Shown: positions 19,497-30,261 of the stretch, piece by piece | How positions within the stretch are numbered: position 1 is the first letter of the stretch | How the letters are laid out: each line of letters begins with the position of its first letter | NCBI GenBank assembly: GCA_963790305.1 | Contig: CAWBOC010000005.1 | Location: forward strand, 224,001 to 288,000 | Reading direction: 5' to 3' | Length of the DNA: 64,000 nucleotides | Source: an uncultured Gemmatimonadaceae bacterium | GTDB taxonomy: Bacteria; Gemmatimonadota; Gemmatimonadetes; Gemmatimonadales; Gemmatimonadaceae | Program-made: the position numbers and the translations under genes | Notes under the pieces: model-generated | What the model saw: the letters and a program-made list of their open reading frames with translations, nothing else | What the model was told of the DNA's origin: nothing | The model's database searches: none

Positions 19497-19952
19497 TCAA
19501 TCGAGCGCGAGCGCCATGACCGTGGCCGAGGACGGACACGCTTCCCGGAACTCGACGGACTGCTTGACCTCGTCAGGCACCGCGTCGCGTTGCGTCGTCA
19601 CGAATCCAAAGCTCGGAAAGTAGCGGTCGGCGGTCGTCGTCAGCAGATACAGCGCCTTGATGCCGCGCGACTCGGCCTGCGCGATCGCCTGTGTGACTAG
19701 CCGTCGCCCGAGTCCGGTTCCTCGCCACTCGGGCTCGACCGCCGTGGAGCGGAGCAGCGCATACTGGTCGCAGCAGTGCTCGAGACCCACCACTCCCACG
19801 ATGCGCTTGTCGGGCTCGCTCTCGGCGACCACGAAGCCGCCGAGCGCGTCCGCGACTCCAGCCGTCGGTAACCCGCTCGACACGAGCAGCCGCTCGATCG
19901 CCGGGAGGTCGCTGCGCGTTGCGGTACGGAGCGACGCTTCGTGTGCTTGCAT
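19497..19952 (-). CDS. arsN2: Arsenic resistance N-acetyltransferase ArsN2
   Basis: GNAT LLRSTAV..WRGTGLG, LYLLTTTA..YF, EF...CPSSATVM; lies in the ars operon. Confidence 0.85.
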   Translation of the reverse strand: MQAHEASLRTATRSDLPAIERLLVSSGLPTAGVADALGGFVVAESEPDKRIVGVVGLEHCCDQYALLRSTAVEPEWRGTGLGRRLVTQAIAQAESRGIKALYLLTTTADRYFPSFGFVTTQRDAVPDEVKQSVEFREACPSSATVMALALD

Positions 19953-19975
19953 GGTCTTGTTGCCTCCAGATGACA

Positions 19976-20890
19976 CTACACGCAGCAGGGACGTCCGTCG
20001 GACCCCGTGCAGCAGCCGACGTTTGCCGTCGCGACGGGCTTCGTCGCCCGCACGAAAGCACTCACGAATTTCCCATCGATCTCACGGGCGAACTCCGCCG
20101 CGTCGAGTCCGGAGCCTTCGAGAAATGCCGCGGCATCCTCGGCGGCGTACACCCGCGTGACCTCGAGGTCGATCTGCTCGAACCCTGCATCGGCGAGGAG
20201 CGTGCGATACTCCTGCTCCTCCAGGGCACCGGCGACGCACCCGACCCAGAGCTCCATGCTCCGACGCACCGCCTCAGGCGCGTCTCCCCGTACGACGACG
20301 TCGCTCACCGCGAAGCGACCGCCCGGTTTGAGGACACGGAACGCCTCACGCAGCACCTCGCGCTTGTCGCCCGAAAGGTTGATCACGCAATTGGAGATGA
20401 TGACGTCGACCGATGCGTCGGGCAGCGGAATATGCTCGATCTCGCCCTTGAGAAAGGTGACGTTCGTCGCGCCCGCCTTTTGCCGGTTTTCTTCGGCCAG
20501 CGCGAGCATTTCGTCGGTCATGTCGAGCCCGTAGGCGTGGCCGGTGGGGCCGACGCGGCGAGCGGAAAGGAGGACGTCGATACCGCCGCCCGAGCCCAGA
20601 TCGAGGACGGTTTCGCCCTCGTGCAGCTCGGCGAGCGCCGTCGGGTTCCCACACCCTAACGACGCGAGGAGCGCCTTGGCGGGGAGGCCGGCGGTCTGGC
20701 CTTCGTCGTACAGATTGGCGGTGATCGGGTCCCAGGCCTCGGTGGTGGTTCCGCAGCATCCGCTCGATCCGCAGCAGCTGGCGCCCGACTCACCCTTGCT
20801 CGCGCGAAGAGCAGCCTGCCCGTACTTGTCCTTGACGACTGCCTGGAGCTGGGAGAGCTCCGTCTGGCTCGACTCCACTGGGGGCTTCAT
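19976..20890 (-). CDS. arsM: Arsenite S-adenosylmethionine methyltransferase
   Basis: [39 protein letters not shown] motifs. Confidence 0.95.
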   Translation of the reverse strand: MKPPVESSQTELSQLQAVVKDKYGQAALRASKGESGASCCGSSGCCGTTTEAWDPITANLYDEGQTAGLPAKALLASLGCGNPTALAELHEGETVLDLGSGGGIDVLLSARRVGPTGHAYGLDMTDEMLALAEENRQKAGATNVTFLKGEIEHIPLPDASVDVIISNCVINLSGDKREVLREAFRVLKPGGRFAVSDVVVRGDAPEAVRRSMELWVGCVAGALEEQEYRTLLADAGFEQIDLEVTRVYAAEDAAAFLEGSGLDAAEFAREIDGKFVSAFVRATKPVATANVGCCTGSDGRPCCV

Positions 20891-20905
20891 GTTCGGTCTC
20901 CGATA

Positions 20906-20921
20906 ATCAAGTTTTCTTGAT
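20906..20921. promoter_or_regulatory. Putative ArsR operator, copy 2 (ATCAAG-TTTT-CTTGAT)
   Basis: Identical 16-mer palindrome to 21280-21295; just upstream of arsM. Confidence 0.75.
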
Positions 20922-20941
20922 ATGTTGGGGAAATAAAAAGG

Positions 20942-21268
20942 TCAGCAGCACGACGAGCTGCGAGTCGGCAAGCGCCGCGCGGTTGGCTTCAGGACCGAGA
21001 GTACCGATTCCGCTTCCTCGAACGTGTCGCGCGCGAGTGCGTAGTACACCCATCGCCCTTCCTTCCGGTCGGTGAGAATGCCGGCCTCCTTGAGGGCACG
21101 CAGGTGCCACGAGAGTCGTGGCTGTGCAATGTCGAGCTCGGTCGTAAGCTCACAGACGCACCGTTCTCCGTCCCGGAGCAGGTCGATGACCTCGAGACGG
21201 ATCTCATCCGAGAGCGCGTGAAAGAGTCGCGCGGCGCGGGTGTAGTCGGTGCGTGCGGCGGTAGCCAT
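20942..21268 (-). CDS. arsR: ArsR/SmtB family transcriptional repressor
   Basis: FHALSD..RL, ERCVCEL As(III)-binding box, SWHLRAL, C-terminal CC. Confidence 0.92.
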   Translation of the reverse strand: MATAARTDYTRAARLFHALSDEIRLEVIDLLRDGERCVCELTTELDIAQPRLSWHLRALKEAGILTDRKEGRWVYYALARDTFEEAESVLSVLKPTARRLPTRSSSCC

Positions 21269-21274
21269 GCCCCT

Positions 21275-21302
21275 ATTGTATCAAGTTTTCTTGATCTGTC
21301 AA
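21275..21302 (-). promoter_or_regulatory. sigma70 promoter TTGACA-N16-TACAAT with overlapping ArsR operator (21280-21295)
   Basis: Near-consensus hexamers; the -10 lies 6 nt before the arsR ATG. Confidence 0.75.
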
Positions 21303-22345
21303 TGGCCTCCTCGCGCCACGCCCTCCCACACCCCTTGCAGGTACACGGCGCCCAGCGCCCGGTCGAACAGCCCGTAGCCCGGACGACCGCGCTCGCCCCA
21401 AATCATCCGCCCATGATCGGGCCGCATTGGACCGCTGAAGCCCGTGTCGGCGAGCACGCGCAACACGGCCAGCATGTCGACGTCGCCGAACGCTGACGGA
21501 TGCGACGTCTCGTGAAATCGGCGCCGACCGGTTCGCTTGACGTTTCGGCAGTGAGCGAAGTGCAGACGACCGAGCTCACTGAGACGTCGTGCCATCGCCG
21601 GAAGATCATTCCCCGCATCGGCGCCGAGCGAGCCGGTACAGAAGGTGACGCCATTGGCCGGGCGATCCACCAATCGGACGAGACGCTCGAGCGCGGGAGC
21701 GTTGGTGACGATGCGCGGCAGACCAAAGATGGACCACGGCGGATCGTCGGGATGAATCGCCATGCGCACACCACTGCTCTCCGCCACCGGCACCACGCGC
21801 TCCAGGAAGTGCGCCAGGTTCTCCCACAGCCGCTCTTCGTCGATCTCGCGGTATGCCTCGAGAAGCGCGCCGAGCTTCGTGGCGTCATAGGCAGCACCCC
21901 ATCCGGGGAGGTTGCCGGTTCCGCGCGAGAGGTCGATCGCCGCTAATGCATCGTCGTCGTATGCAAGGGACGTCGAGCCGTCAGGCAGGGCACGCGCGAG
22001 ATCGGTGCGTGTCCAGTCGAAGATCGGCATGAAGTTGTAGCACAGCACCGGGACGCCGATCTCCCCCATGTGCCGCACGGAGGCGCAGTAGGCATCGATC
22101 AGCTTGTCACGCGTGGGACGTCCGAGCTTGATGTCCTCATGCACGGGGATGCTCTCGATCACCGCCAGCGAGAGGTCAGCGGCGTCGATACGCTCTGCCA
22201 GCTCGGCGAGACGATCCCTCGGCCACACTGCGCCCACAGGAAGATCGTGGAGCGCGCTCACCACCCCGCGCACGCCCGGGATCTGGCGAATGTGGGCCAG
22301 GGGGATGGGATCGTCCGGGCCGAACCAGCGGAAGGTCATCTGCAT
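21299..22345 (-). CDS. uxuA: Mannonate dehydratase
   Basis: MTFRWFG..DPI, CYNFMPIFDWTRT, IHPDDPP, TFCTGSLG, RPDHGR, PGYGLFDRALG. Confidence 0.95.
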   Translation of the reverse strand: MQMTFRWFGPDDPIPLAHIRQIPGVRGVVSALHDLPVGAVWPRDRLAELAERIDAADLSLAVIESIPVHEDIKLGRPTRDKLIDAYCASVRHMGEIGVPVLCYNFMPIFDWTRTDLARALPDGSTSLAYDDDALAAIDLSRGTGNLPGWGAAYDATKLGALLEAYREIDEERLWENLAHFLERVVPVAESSGVRMAIHPDDPPWSIFGLPRIVTNAPALERLVRLVDRPANGVTFCTGSLGADAGNDLPAMARRLSELGRLHFAHCRNVKRTGRRRFHETSHPSAFGDVDMLAVLRVLADTGFSGPMRPDHGRMIWGERGRPGYGLFDRALGAVYLQGVWEGVARGGH

Positions 22346-22378
22346 CGCGATCTCAACTGGGAGCACCTCGAGCACCCT

Positions 22379-23131
22379 TCATCTCGCCATCCACCCGCCA
22401 TCCACCACGAGCATGTGCCCGTTGACGTAGTCGCTGGCGCTCGATGCGAGGAAGACCACCGCTCCCTTCAGATCGTCGGGCTCACCCCACCGACCCGCGG
22501 GTATGCGGCTCCGGATCTCGGCGAAACGCGCCGAGTCATCGCGCAGCGGCTGCGTGTTATCGGTGACGAAGTATCCCGGCGCGATCCCGTTCACCTGCAC
22601 GCCGCGCGGTCCCCACTCGTTCGCCAGCACCTTCGTGAGCCCCGCCACCGCGTGCTTGCTTGCGGTGTACGCGGCGGTGTCGATGCCACCGCTGAACGAA
22701 AGCAGCGATCCGACGTTGATGATCTTCCCCGCTCCGCGCTCGACCATCTCGCGGCCGAGGCGCTGCGCGAGGAAGAACGTCGCATCGAGATTGGTGCGCA
22801 TGACGTCGTCCCAGTCCTCCGCCGAATAGTCGAGCGCGGGATGACGCCGAATGGTTCCGGCGTTGTTCACCAGGATGTCGATATGCCCGGCGAGCCGCAC
22901 CGCCTCATCGGCCATCGCCAGCAAGGCCTGGCGGTCGGATAGCTCGGCGTGTACTTCCCACGCGTCCTTCCCCAGCGCACGCACGGACGCTGCCGTCGCA
23001 TTCGCGCCCCCCCGCCGCGAGCTGGCACAGACGACCCCCGCGCCTGCTTCAGCGAGCGCAATCGCCATGGCACGACCGAGCCCGCGGCTCGCGCCGGTGA
23101 CCAGCGCCCGCCGTCCGGCAAGCGAAAACAT
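22379..23131 (-). CDS. kduD: SDR oxidoreductase, KduD-like (2-dehydro-3-deoxy-D-gluconate 5-dehydrogenase)
   Basis: TGASRGLG, NNAG, YTASKH, ANEW..GVQVNGIAPGY, RIPAGRWG, VDGGWMAR. Confidence 0.85.
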   Translation of the reverse strand: MFSLAGRRALVTGASRGLGRAMAIALAEAGAGVVCASSRRGGANATAASVRALGKDAWEVHAELSDRQALLAMADEAVRLAGHIDILVNNAGTIRRHPALDYSAEDWDDVMRTNLDATFFLAQRLGREMVERGAGKIINVGSLLSFSGGIDTAAYTASKHAVAGLTKVLANEWGPRGVQVNGIAPGYFVTDNTQPLRDDSARFAEIRSRIPAGRWGEPDDLKGAVVFLASSASDYVNGHMLVVDGGWMAR

Positions 23132-23192
23132 CAGCGTTCGAGCTCCACGGCTGCGAGAAGAAACGCGCCGAGCGACGACGCACATCGGCGTC

Positions 23193-24520
23193 TCACGAGC
23201 GGGACGGCGCCTCCAGACGTGCCGGCTCGAGCCGCGGGACGAGGAGATGAATGACGGCCAGCGCGGTGACGTACGCCAGCCCGCAAACGATGAAGATCGG
23301 CACGTAGTCGTTCCCCGTCGCCTCCAGGACGCGGCCGGTCGCACGCTGAAAGAGCATTCCCCCCATCGCACCGCCGAATCCGCCGAGCCCCACGACCGAC
23401 GCGACGGCGCGCCGTGGAAACATGTCGCTGGCGGTCGTAAAGAGATTGGCCGACCACCATTGGTGCGCGGCAGCCGCCACGCTGACGATCGAGACGGCCA
23501 CCCACAGGCTGCCCGCGTTAGGCGCCAGCATCGTCGGCACGATCAGCAGCGCGGCAATGAGCATCGCGGTTTTGCGCCCGCGGTTCACCGTCCAGCCGCG
23601 CTTGATCAGCGCGCTGGAGAGCCATCCGCCGCCCACGGAGCCGACATCAGCCACGAGGTAGATGACGACCAGCGGCATCGCGATCTGGGCAAGCCGGATG
23701 CCGTACTCCGCGTCCAGGAATTTCGGCAGCCAGTACAGGTAGAACCACCAGATCGGGTCGGTCATGAACTTTCCGATCATGAACGCCCACGTCTGGCGAT
23801 GGCGGAGAAGGCTGCTCCAGCGAACCGCCTCCGTCGATTCCAGTGGATCGCTCCGGATGTAGGCGAGCTCCGCGGTCGTCACCTTCGGATGCACCTCCGG
23901 CGGGCGGTACATCCAGAGCCAGAACGCCAGCCAGACGAACCCGAGGGCACCGGTGACGATGAACGCGAGCGGCCATCCCCAGGTCAGCGCGATCCACGGA
24001 ACGATCAGCGGCGTGAGAATGGCGCCGACGTTGGTGCCAGCATTGAAGATCCCCGTCGCGAGCGCGCGCTCCTTCCGCGGAAACCACTCGGCCACCGCCT
24101 TGATCGCTCCCGGGAAGTTGCCCGACTCGCCGAGGCCTAACGCGGCGCGCGCGACGGAGAAGCCGGTGGCCGTTCGCGCGAAGGCGTGCCCAATCGCCGC
24201 CAGCGCTCCACGCGACGATCGAGAACGCGAACCCGAGGCGAACGCCGAAGCGGTCGAGGAGGCGCCCCATGCCGAGGAAGCCGAATGCGTAGGCGAGGCT
24301 GAACCACGAGACGATGTCGCCATACTGTGTCTCGGTCCATCCGAGCTCGCGCGAGAGGGTCGGCGCGAGGATGCCGAGCACCTGGCGGTCGATGTAGTTG
24401 ATCGTCGTCGCCGCGAACAGCAGCGCGCAGATCGTCCATCGATATCCGAGCCATCGCCCCGGAGCGGGGGCGCGCCGCCTCGGCTGCGCTCGGCATCGCT
24501 GGTGCTCCCGCGACCGTCAT
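23193..24520 (-). CDS. exuT: Hexuronate MFS transporter (two apparent frameshifts near 24470 and 24204)
   Basis: [63 protein letters not shown] spread over three frames; ATGA overlap with kdgK. Confidence 0.85.
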
Positions 24521-25546
24521 CGCTGAACCCGCCCGCTCCCCTCGCCGCCGACGAGCGCCTCGACTTCGGCGACGCTGACCCGGTTGAAATCGCCCGGGAT
24601 CGAGTGCTTGAGACACGACGCCGCGGTCGCGAACTCGAGCGCCCTGGCGTCATCACGATAGGTCATGAGGCCGTAGATGAGCCCGGCACAAAACGAGTCG
24701 CCGCCTCCGACACGATCGACGATGTCGGAGATCTCGTACCGACGGCTGGTGAGGAAGCTCCCGCGCGTCGCCATCAGGGCCGACCATCCATTGACGTCCG
24801 CGCTCCGGCTCTCGCGCAGCGTGATCACCTGTCGCTCCAGATTCGGAAACTCGTCGAGCACGCGCTTCCCGATCGCGGCGTATCGCTCCGTCTCGAGCGC
24901 CCCGGAATGCACGTCGACGGCAATGTCGATGCCCAGCGCATGCTGACAGTCTTCCTCGTTGGCGATCCCCACCTGCACGTGCCTGACGAGCTCGCGCATG
25001 ACCTCGGGTGCCTTCTTGCCGTACTTCCACAGGTTCTTTCGGTAGTTGTAGTCGCAGGAGACGGTGAGGCCTTTCGCGCGCGCCGCCCGCGCCGCCTCGA
25101 GGCAGACGTCCGCGGCCGACTGGCTGATCGCCGCCGTCACACCGGTGATGTGGAACCAGCTCGCGCCGTCGAAGATCGCGTTCCAGTCGAACTCACCCGG
25201 CTTCGCCGTGGCGATCGCCGAGCCCGCGCGGTCGTAGGTGACCCGCGAGGGACGCTGGTTCGCGCCATTCTCGAGGAAGTAGATCCCGAGCCGCGTCCCC
25301 CGTGCGGCGCACGCGGCTCGTGTCGACGCCGAAGCTGCGCAGCTCGGCAATACACGCATCGCCCACGGGATTGGCGGGGATGGCCGAGATGAACGAGACG
25401 GGCACGCCGAACTGCGCGAGCGAGACAGCGACGTTCGCCTCCGCGCCGCCGAACGTCGCCTCGAGCATCGGGGACTGAAAGAGCCGTTCCGCCCCAGGCG
25501 CTTTGAGGCGAAGCATCACCTCGCCAAAGGTCACGACGCGCGTCAT
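24517..25546 (-). CDS. kdgK: 2-dehydro-3-deoxygluconokinase, PfkB family (apparent frameshift near 25298)
   Basis: [16 protein letters not shown] in ORF 25193..25546; [25 protein letters not shown] in ORF 24517..25359. Confidence 0.9.
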
Positions 25547-26226
25547 GAACGGGAGGCTCCCGCTGGCGCGCGCGGCGATTCTGTATCACCGCGTGCTGCG
25601 CTGACCGCACGCGTCGTCTCGTCGCGAATGCGCTCGAAGGCTTTCGCCGCGATCCAGTCCGCCGGTGCCATCCACGACCCGCCGCAGGCGATCACCCGGT
25701 CGAACGCCAGGTAGGATCGGAGGTTGTCGGCGTTGATGCCACCGGTCGGCACGAACCGCATCATGCCGTAGGGAGCCGCGATCGCTTTCAGGTACTTCAG
25801 CCCCCCAATCGGCTCCGCGGGAAAAAACTTGACCATCGTTAGGCCGAGTGAGAGCGCGGCCTCGATGTCGGTGGGCGTGCATACGCCGGGGCACACGGGA
25901 ATGTCGTGCTCGAGACAGTGCTCCACGACCGCGGGATTGAACCCCGGTGCCACGATGAACGTCGCGCCGGCACTTCGCGCCTCGCGCGCTTGAGCCACGG
26001 TGAGCACCGTACCCGCCCCGAGGAGCAGCTCGGGCGCGGCGGCGCTCATGCGCCGCAAGGCCTCCCCCGCGCCCGCCGTCCGAAAGGTGATTTCGGCGCA
26101 GGGAAGGCCGCCGTCGATAAGTGCCCTCGCCAGCGGACCCGCGGCCGATGGATCATCGATCACGATGACCGGGACGATCTTGAGCCGGGCAAGTTTGTCA
26201 GCGAGTGGGGAGTTGCCGAGCGTCAT
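25543..26226 (-). CDS. eda: KDPG/KHG aldolase
   Basis: AEITFRT, GAGTVL, PGVCTPTDI, KFFPAE, PTGGI, CGGSW. Confidence 0.93.
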   Translation of the reverse strand: MTLGNSPLADKLARLKIVPVIVIDDPSAAGPLARALIDGGLPCAEITFRTAGAGEALRRMSAAAPELLLGAGTVLTVAQAREARSAGATFIVAPGFNPAVVEHCLEHDIPVCPGVCTPTDIEAALSLGLTMVKFFPAEPIGGLKYLKAIAAPYGMMRFVPTGGINADNLRSYLAFDRVIACGGSWMAPADWIAAKAFERIRDETTRAVSAARGDTESPRAPAGASRS

Positions 26227-26256
26227 GAGATCATGTGAGGAAGTAGTGCATGTGGC

Positions 26257-27808
26257 CTACACCCTGACCTTGATGCCACTCGTCGTAGCGCCGTTTCGAC
26301 GCTCGGCCGCGAGAAGCGACTCCAGGACCGCGTTGATCCCACTGCGCCGGATTCCTTCCAGATACTCCACGACGAGACGCACGAAACCCGGAACATGCGA
26401 CAGATCCGTTCCCCAGAGAGATGCGTCCACGCAGGCTGCACGGACGACAGACGCGTCGTCATCGCCCTGGGCGTTCCAAAGAGCGCGCACCTTCTCCCCT
26501 TGATCGTCCGGCGGCACCGTAGCGCCTGCCTCTCGAGGGTGGCGGGTCTCGCCGCGCAAAAAGAGCAGGTGGGCCGCGAAACCGAGAGAGAGAAGCGCTG
26601 GGGGCATGCCCTGTCCGAGTCGCGTGGCGCAGGATCGAGGGAATCACCCGCACCCGCATTTTCGTCGTTCCCTGGAGCGTGATGTCGAGAAGCGCGTGCC
26701 GAATGTGTGGATTGGCGAAGCGGTCGAGAACCTCGTGCGCGAAGGCGACCGCATCAGGAACGTCGAGTCCGGGTGCAATGTCCTCCAGCATCATGCGCCG
26801 GATGAACCGCCCTACCTGCACGTGGTTCATCGCGTCGAGAACGGTCTCGCATCCGGCGAGTAGTGCCACCGGCACCATAGCGGTGTGCGTGCCGTTGAGC
26901 AGTCGCACCTTTCGCTCGCGGTATGGCGCGATGTCGTCCGCGACCACGAGGCCGCGCATATCCGGCGCAAAGGGGAGCCGGGAGCGAGTCTCATCATCGC
27001 CCTCGATGGCGAACAGCCGGTAGCTCTCGCAGATCGTGAGCAGCGCGTCTCGATAGCCCAGCGTTTGGTGCAGCTCGGGAAGACGATCGGGTGGCGGCGT
27101 CCCCGGGACAATGCGATCCACGAGAGTATTGCAAAACGGCACCGCGGTCTCGATCCAATCGACGAACTTTGCGCCGAGGTTCCAGCGATCCGCGAGCGCG
27201 AGCACGATCGCGCACAACCGCTCCCCGTTCTCCTCGATGAGCTCGCAGGGAATGACCGTCAGTCCCTTCGTGGTGTCGTAGTCGAACGCACGGGCGCGCT
27301 CGTGCAGGAAACGGGTGAGCTTCCCAGGGAAGGAGCGCGGGGGAGTCGCGTCTCCCCGATCGCTCTCATCGAGAATGATGCCGACCTCCGTCGTGTTGGA
27401 GAATACGAGCTCGAGTGCGGGGTTGCGGGCGCACTCGAGGACGGCGTGCCACTCGTGAGGCGTGGAGAGCGCGCGACTCACCGATGCGATGATGCGCATC
27501 TCCTGGCGCGCAGCACCCCGCTCGATGCCCTGAATCGAGAGCGTATACAAGCCGTTCTGCTCGTTGAGCGTCTGTCCGCGGCCGCTCGACGTCGATGCGA
27601 TGGCGACGACGCGGCCGCCGAAACGACCTTGCCGGTTGGATTCATCGAGAAAGGCATCGACGAACCCGCGGAGAAACGCCCCGGTCCCGAATTGAACGGC
27701 CTTCTCGGGCAGGTCGAGAAGGGCCGGATCAGGCAAATCGACCACTGCGCGGCGCCGGAAGGCTGCGTCGCGCACCAGTGCCTCGTCGAGACGCGGAAGC
27801 GCCGTCAT
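26257..27808 (-). CDS. uxaB: Tagaturonate reductase/altronate oxidoreductase (apparent frameshift near 26595)
   Basis: PEKAVQFGTGAFLRGF, SNTTEVGI, SFPGKLT, PCELIE, TLVDRIVPG, RERKVRLLNGTH; C-terminus (LWGTDL..PGF) in ORF 26257..26607. Confidence 0.88.
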
Positions 27809-27817
27809 CCTGCAGCG

Positions 27818-29359
27818 TCAGTGGGTGACGTCGCCACGCCGCGAAGTGCTGTCGGAGGAAGCGATCGTGCTCGCGGGAGGTAGCGCGTCCAGCTTGTAGG
27901 CGCGACGCGGGAGGTCATAGGCGAGGGCGCGAGCCATGTCGCGCCCATCCTGCACATCAATCACGTGACGAGCGACGAGCCCGGCGAGCCAGTTCGCGTC
28001 GATGCGTCTCGCGAGGTCGTGCCGGGCCGGGATCGAACAGAAGGCCCGCGTGTCGTCGTTGAACCCGACGGTGTTGTAGATCCCCGCGGTTTCGGTGACG
28101 GATTCGCGGAACCGCCGCATCCCTTCGATCGAATCGTGAAACCACCATGGCGGTCCGAGCCGCACCGACGGGTAGTGCCCCGCGAGTGGCGCCAGCTCGC
28201 GAGCGTACGTCGACTCGTCCAGCGTGAACAGGATGAGAGTGAGCCGCGAGTCGCTTCCGTGCTCGTTGAGCAGGGCGTGGAGGTTCCGGGTGTACTCGGT
28301 CGCGACCGGGATGTCGCCGCCGACATCGGGGCCGAACCGCGTCGCCAGCGACGCATTGTGATCCCGCAGTGATCCCGGGTGGAGCTGCATGACCAGACCG
28401 TCGTCGATCGACATGCGAGCCATCTCGATGAGCATGTGCGCCTGGAAACGACGCTGATCCTCCTCCGTCGCGTCTCCCCGCAGGGCCCGCTGGAAGATCG
28501 CCTCGATCTGGTCGTCGGGGAGCAGCGCCGTGTAGGGCTCGACCACCGCGTGATCGGTGGATGTGGCGCCCATGGACTTGAAGAAGGATCGGCGCCGCTC
28601 GAGCGCTCGGCCGAAGGTATGTGAGTCCTGGATACTCGCACCATCAATGCGGGCGAGAGCGTCCACCTCGTCGCGCCACGCTGGACTGGCGATGCGAAGC
28701 ATCGCGTCGGGTCGAAAGCTGGGAAGGACGACTCCGCGCCATCGCGACGCGCGGAGCACACGGTGATGGTCCAGCGTATCGGTCGCGGCGTTGGTCGTCG
28801 TGAGCACCTCGATACCGAAGCGCTCGAACAGCGCCCTCGGGCGATACTCCGGAGACGTCAGTCGCTCCGTCAGCTCATCGTAGACGAACTGGGCGCTCTC
28901 CCCGTCGAGGCGGGTGTCGACGCCGAACACCACCGCCAGCTGGTAGTCGAGCCACGCCGCGGTGGGGGTGGCGCGAAACAGGAAGTATCGCTCGGCGAAC
29001 CGCTGCCACACGGTGCGTGGGTCCTGCTCGACCCGCGTGCCGTCCCGCGTCGGAATGCCTAACGCCTCCAGCGGCACGCCCTGCGAGTACAGCATGCGAA
29101 AGATGTAGTGGTCGGGCGTGATCAGCAGGGCGGTCGGTTCGGGGAACGCGCGATCGTCGGCGAGGAGAGCCGCGTCGACGTGACCGTGGGGACAGATCAG
29201 CGGAAGGTCTCGCGTCTCGTCGTGGAGGGTACGCGCGAGCCGCCGGACGGTTGGATCCGGGTCGAAGTAGCGGTCCTCGTGCAGGACGAGGGGGGCACGC
29301 GCGGCATGCGGCGCAGCGCGGGGCCCGTCCGATGTTACGCCCATCGGGATGTCAGCCAT
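27818..29359 (-). CDS. uxaC: Glucuronate (uronate) isomerase
   Basis: PHGH, PDHYIFRMLYSQG, TSTDH, GPPWWFHDS, NDDTRAFCSIPARHD. Confidence 0.95.
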   Translation of the reverse strand: MADIPMGVTSDGPRAAPHAARAPLVLHEDRYFDPDPTVRRLARTLHDETRDLPLICPHGHVDAALLADDRAFPEPTALLITPDHYIFRMLYSQGVPLEALGIPTRDGTRVEQDPRTVWQRFAERYFLFRATPTAAWLDYQLAVVFGVDTRLDGESAQFVYDELTERLTSPEYRPRALFERFGIEVLTTTNAATDTLDHHRVLRASRWRGVVLPSFRPDAMLRIASPAWRDEVDALARIDGASIQDSHTFGRALERRRSFFKSMGATSTDHAVVEPYTALLPDDQIEAIFQRALRGDATEEDQRRFQAHMLIEMARMSIDDGLVMQLHPGSLRDHNASLATRFGPDVGGDIPVATEYTRNLHALLNEHGSDSRLTLILFTLDESTYARELAPLAGHYPSVRLGPPWWFHDSIEGMRRFRESVTETAGIYNTVGFNDDTRAFCSIPARHDLARRIDANWLAGLVARHVIDVQDGRDMARALAYDLPRRAYKLDALPPASTIASSDSTSRRGDVTH

Positions 29360-29492
29360 GTCAGCACGTCGCGTCGCTCGGTGCCCGCCTCGCGGCGCCA
29401 ACGTTCGCCGCGCCGCAAGTCGCATAGCTTACCCTACGACGACGGCCCGGCGCAAACGCGCCGGGCCGTTGGTTCAACCAGGATAGAAAGCC

Positions 29493-30017
29493 CTAGGGCA
29501 AGAACCCCCGCGCAAAGCCACCGGGGAAGGCGTCCGAATGGAAATTGACGTAGAAGCTCGCCGGGTCGCGCAGCAGCTCGGCCAGCGCGGCATCGTGGCT
29601 GGTGAAGTGCGCGTTCGTGACGAAGATGCCCTGCTGGCGGAACTCGAGATGCTGGTCAGTGAGATTGAGGTCCGTCCCAACGGGGTTCGACAGCCACCAG
29701 ATCACCGGCCCTGTCGCGGCGCCCGGGTTCAGGTGGTGAATGTGGCCGAAGCGGACGCTCTCATCACCCTTGTTGTTGATGATGACCGTGGACTCGATGG
29801 TCCCATCGGCCAGGATCATGATCTGGGCGTGTCCTTTCGATTCCGAGGTCGAGGTGGGGACCTCGAGCTCCGAGCGCATCTGCGTGTTGAATACTATCGG
29901 GGGCGCTCCGTCACTCCCGACGGAGAGCGAAGCCGCGAAGCGCTCCGGTCCGGTCGAGGGCTGATCGGCGCACGCGGCTACAGCAACGACAGCCATAAGT
30001 GCCTGCCAATGTCGCAT
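29493..30017 (-). CDS. CHRD domain lipoprotein
   Basis: VAAC lipobox; EVP...S.GHA, HIH, GPV, FYVNFHS..FPGG.ARG. Confidence 0.85.
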   Translation of the reverse strand: MRHWQALMAVVAVAACADQPSTGPERFAASLSVGSDGAPPIVFNTQMRSELEVPTSTSESKGHAQIMILADGTIESTVIINNKGDESVRFGHIHHLNPGAATGPVIWWLSNPVGTDLNLTDQHLEFRQQGIFVTNAHFTSHDAALAELLRDPASFYVNFHSDAFPGGFARGFLP

Positions 30018-30153
30018 AGAACCTTCCTGGTCGAGGGGATCGGGAAGGGTCGTAGTCCCTCGTCGTCCCGAAAAGTGCGTTGCGGCGAACGTAGAGTTCG
30101 GTGGGGCGGACGGTCCGACCGGCACCGCCGGCGTTTTCGGGAGGCATTCGCCA

Positions 30154-30239
30154 CAGAATTCAGGGATTCAGAACACCCGCGCGTACGACCTCCCGGTTAT
30201 TGTCTGAATTCTGATTTCGTATTCTGACATCTGACGTCT
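30154..30239. repeat. Degenerate heptamer inverted repeat (TCAGAAT/ATTCTGA-like)
   Basis: CAGAATTCAG...CTGAATTCTG followed by TTCTGAC ATCTGAC GTCT; AT-rich. Confidence 0.45.
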
Positions 30240-30261
30240 TTGCCGTTCTCCCAAAGCAAGA

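Noticed and set aside
22851..25392. Long plus-strand ORFs (429 and 479 aa) and similar shadow ORFs elsewhere
   Set aside because: Arg/Pro-rich antisense frames typical of high-GC DNA, with no motifs
23193..27808. Programmed ribosomal frameshifting in the uronate genes
   Set aside because: No shared slippery motif, and the same +1 pattern occurs in unrelated genes
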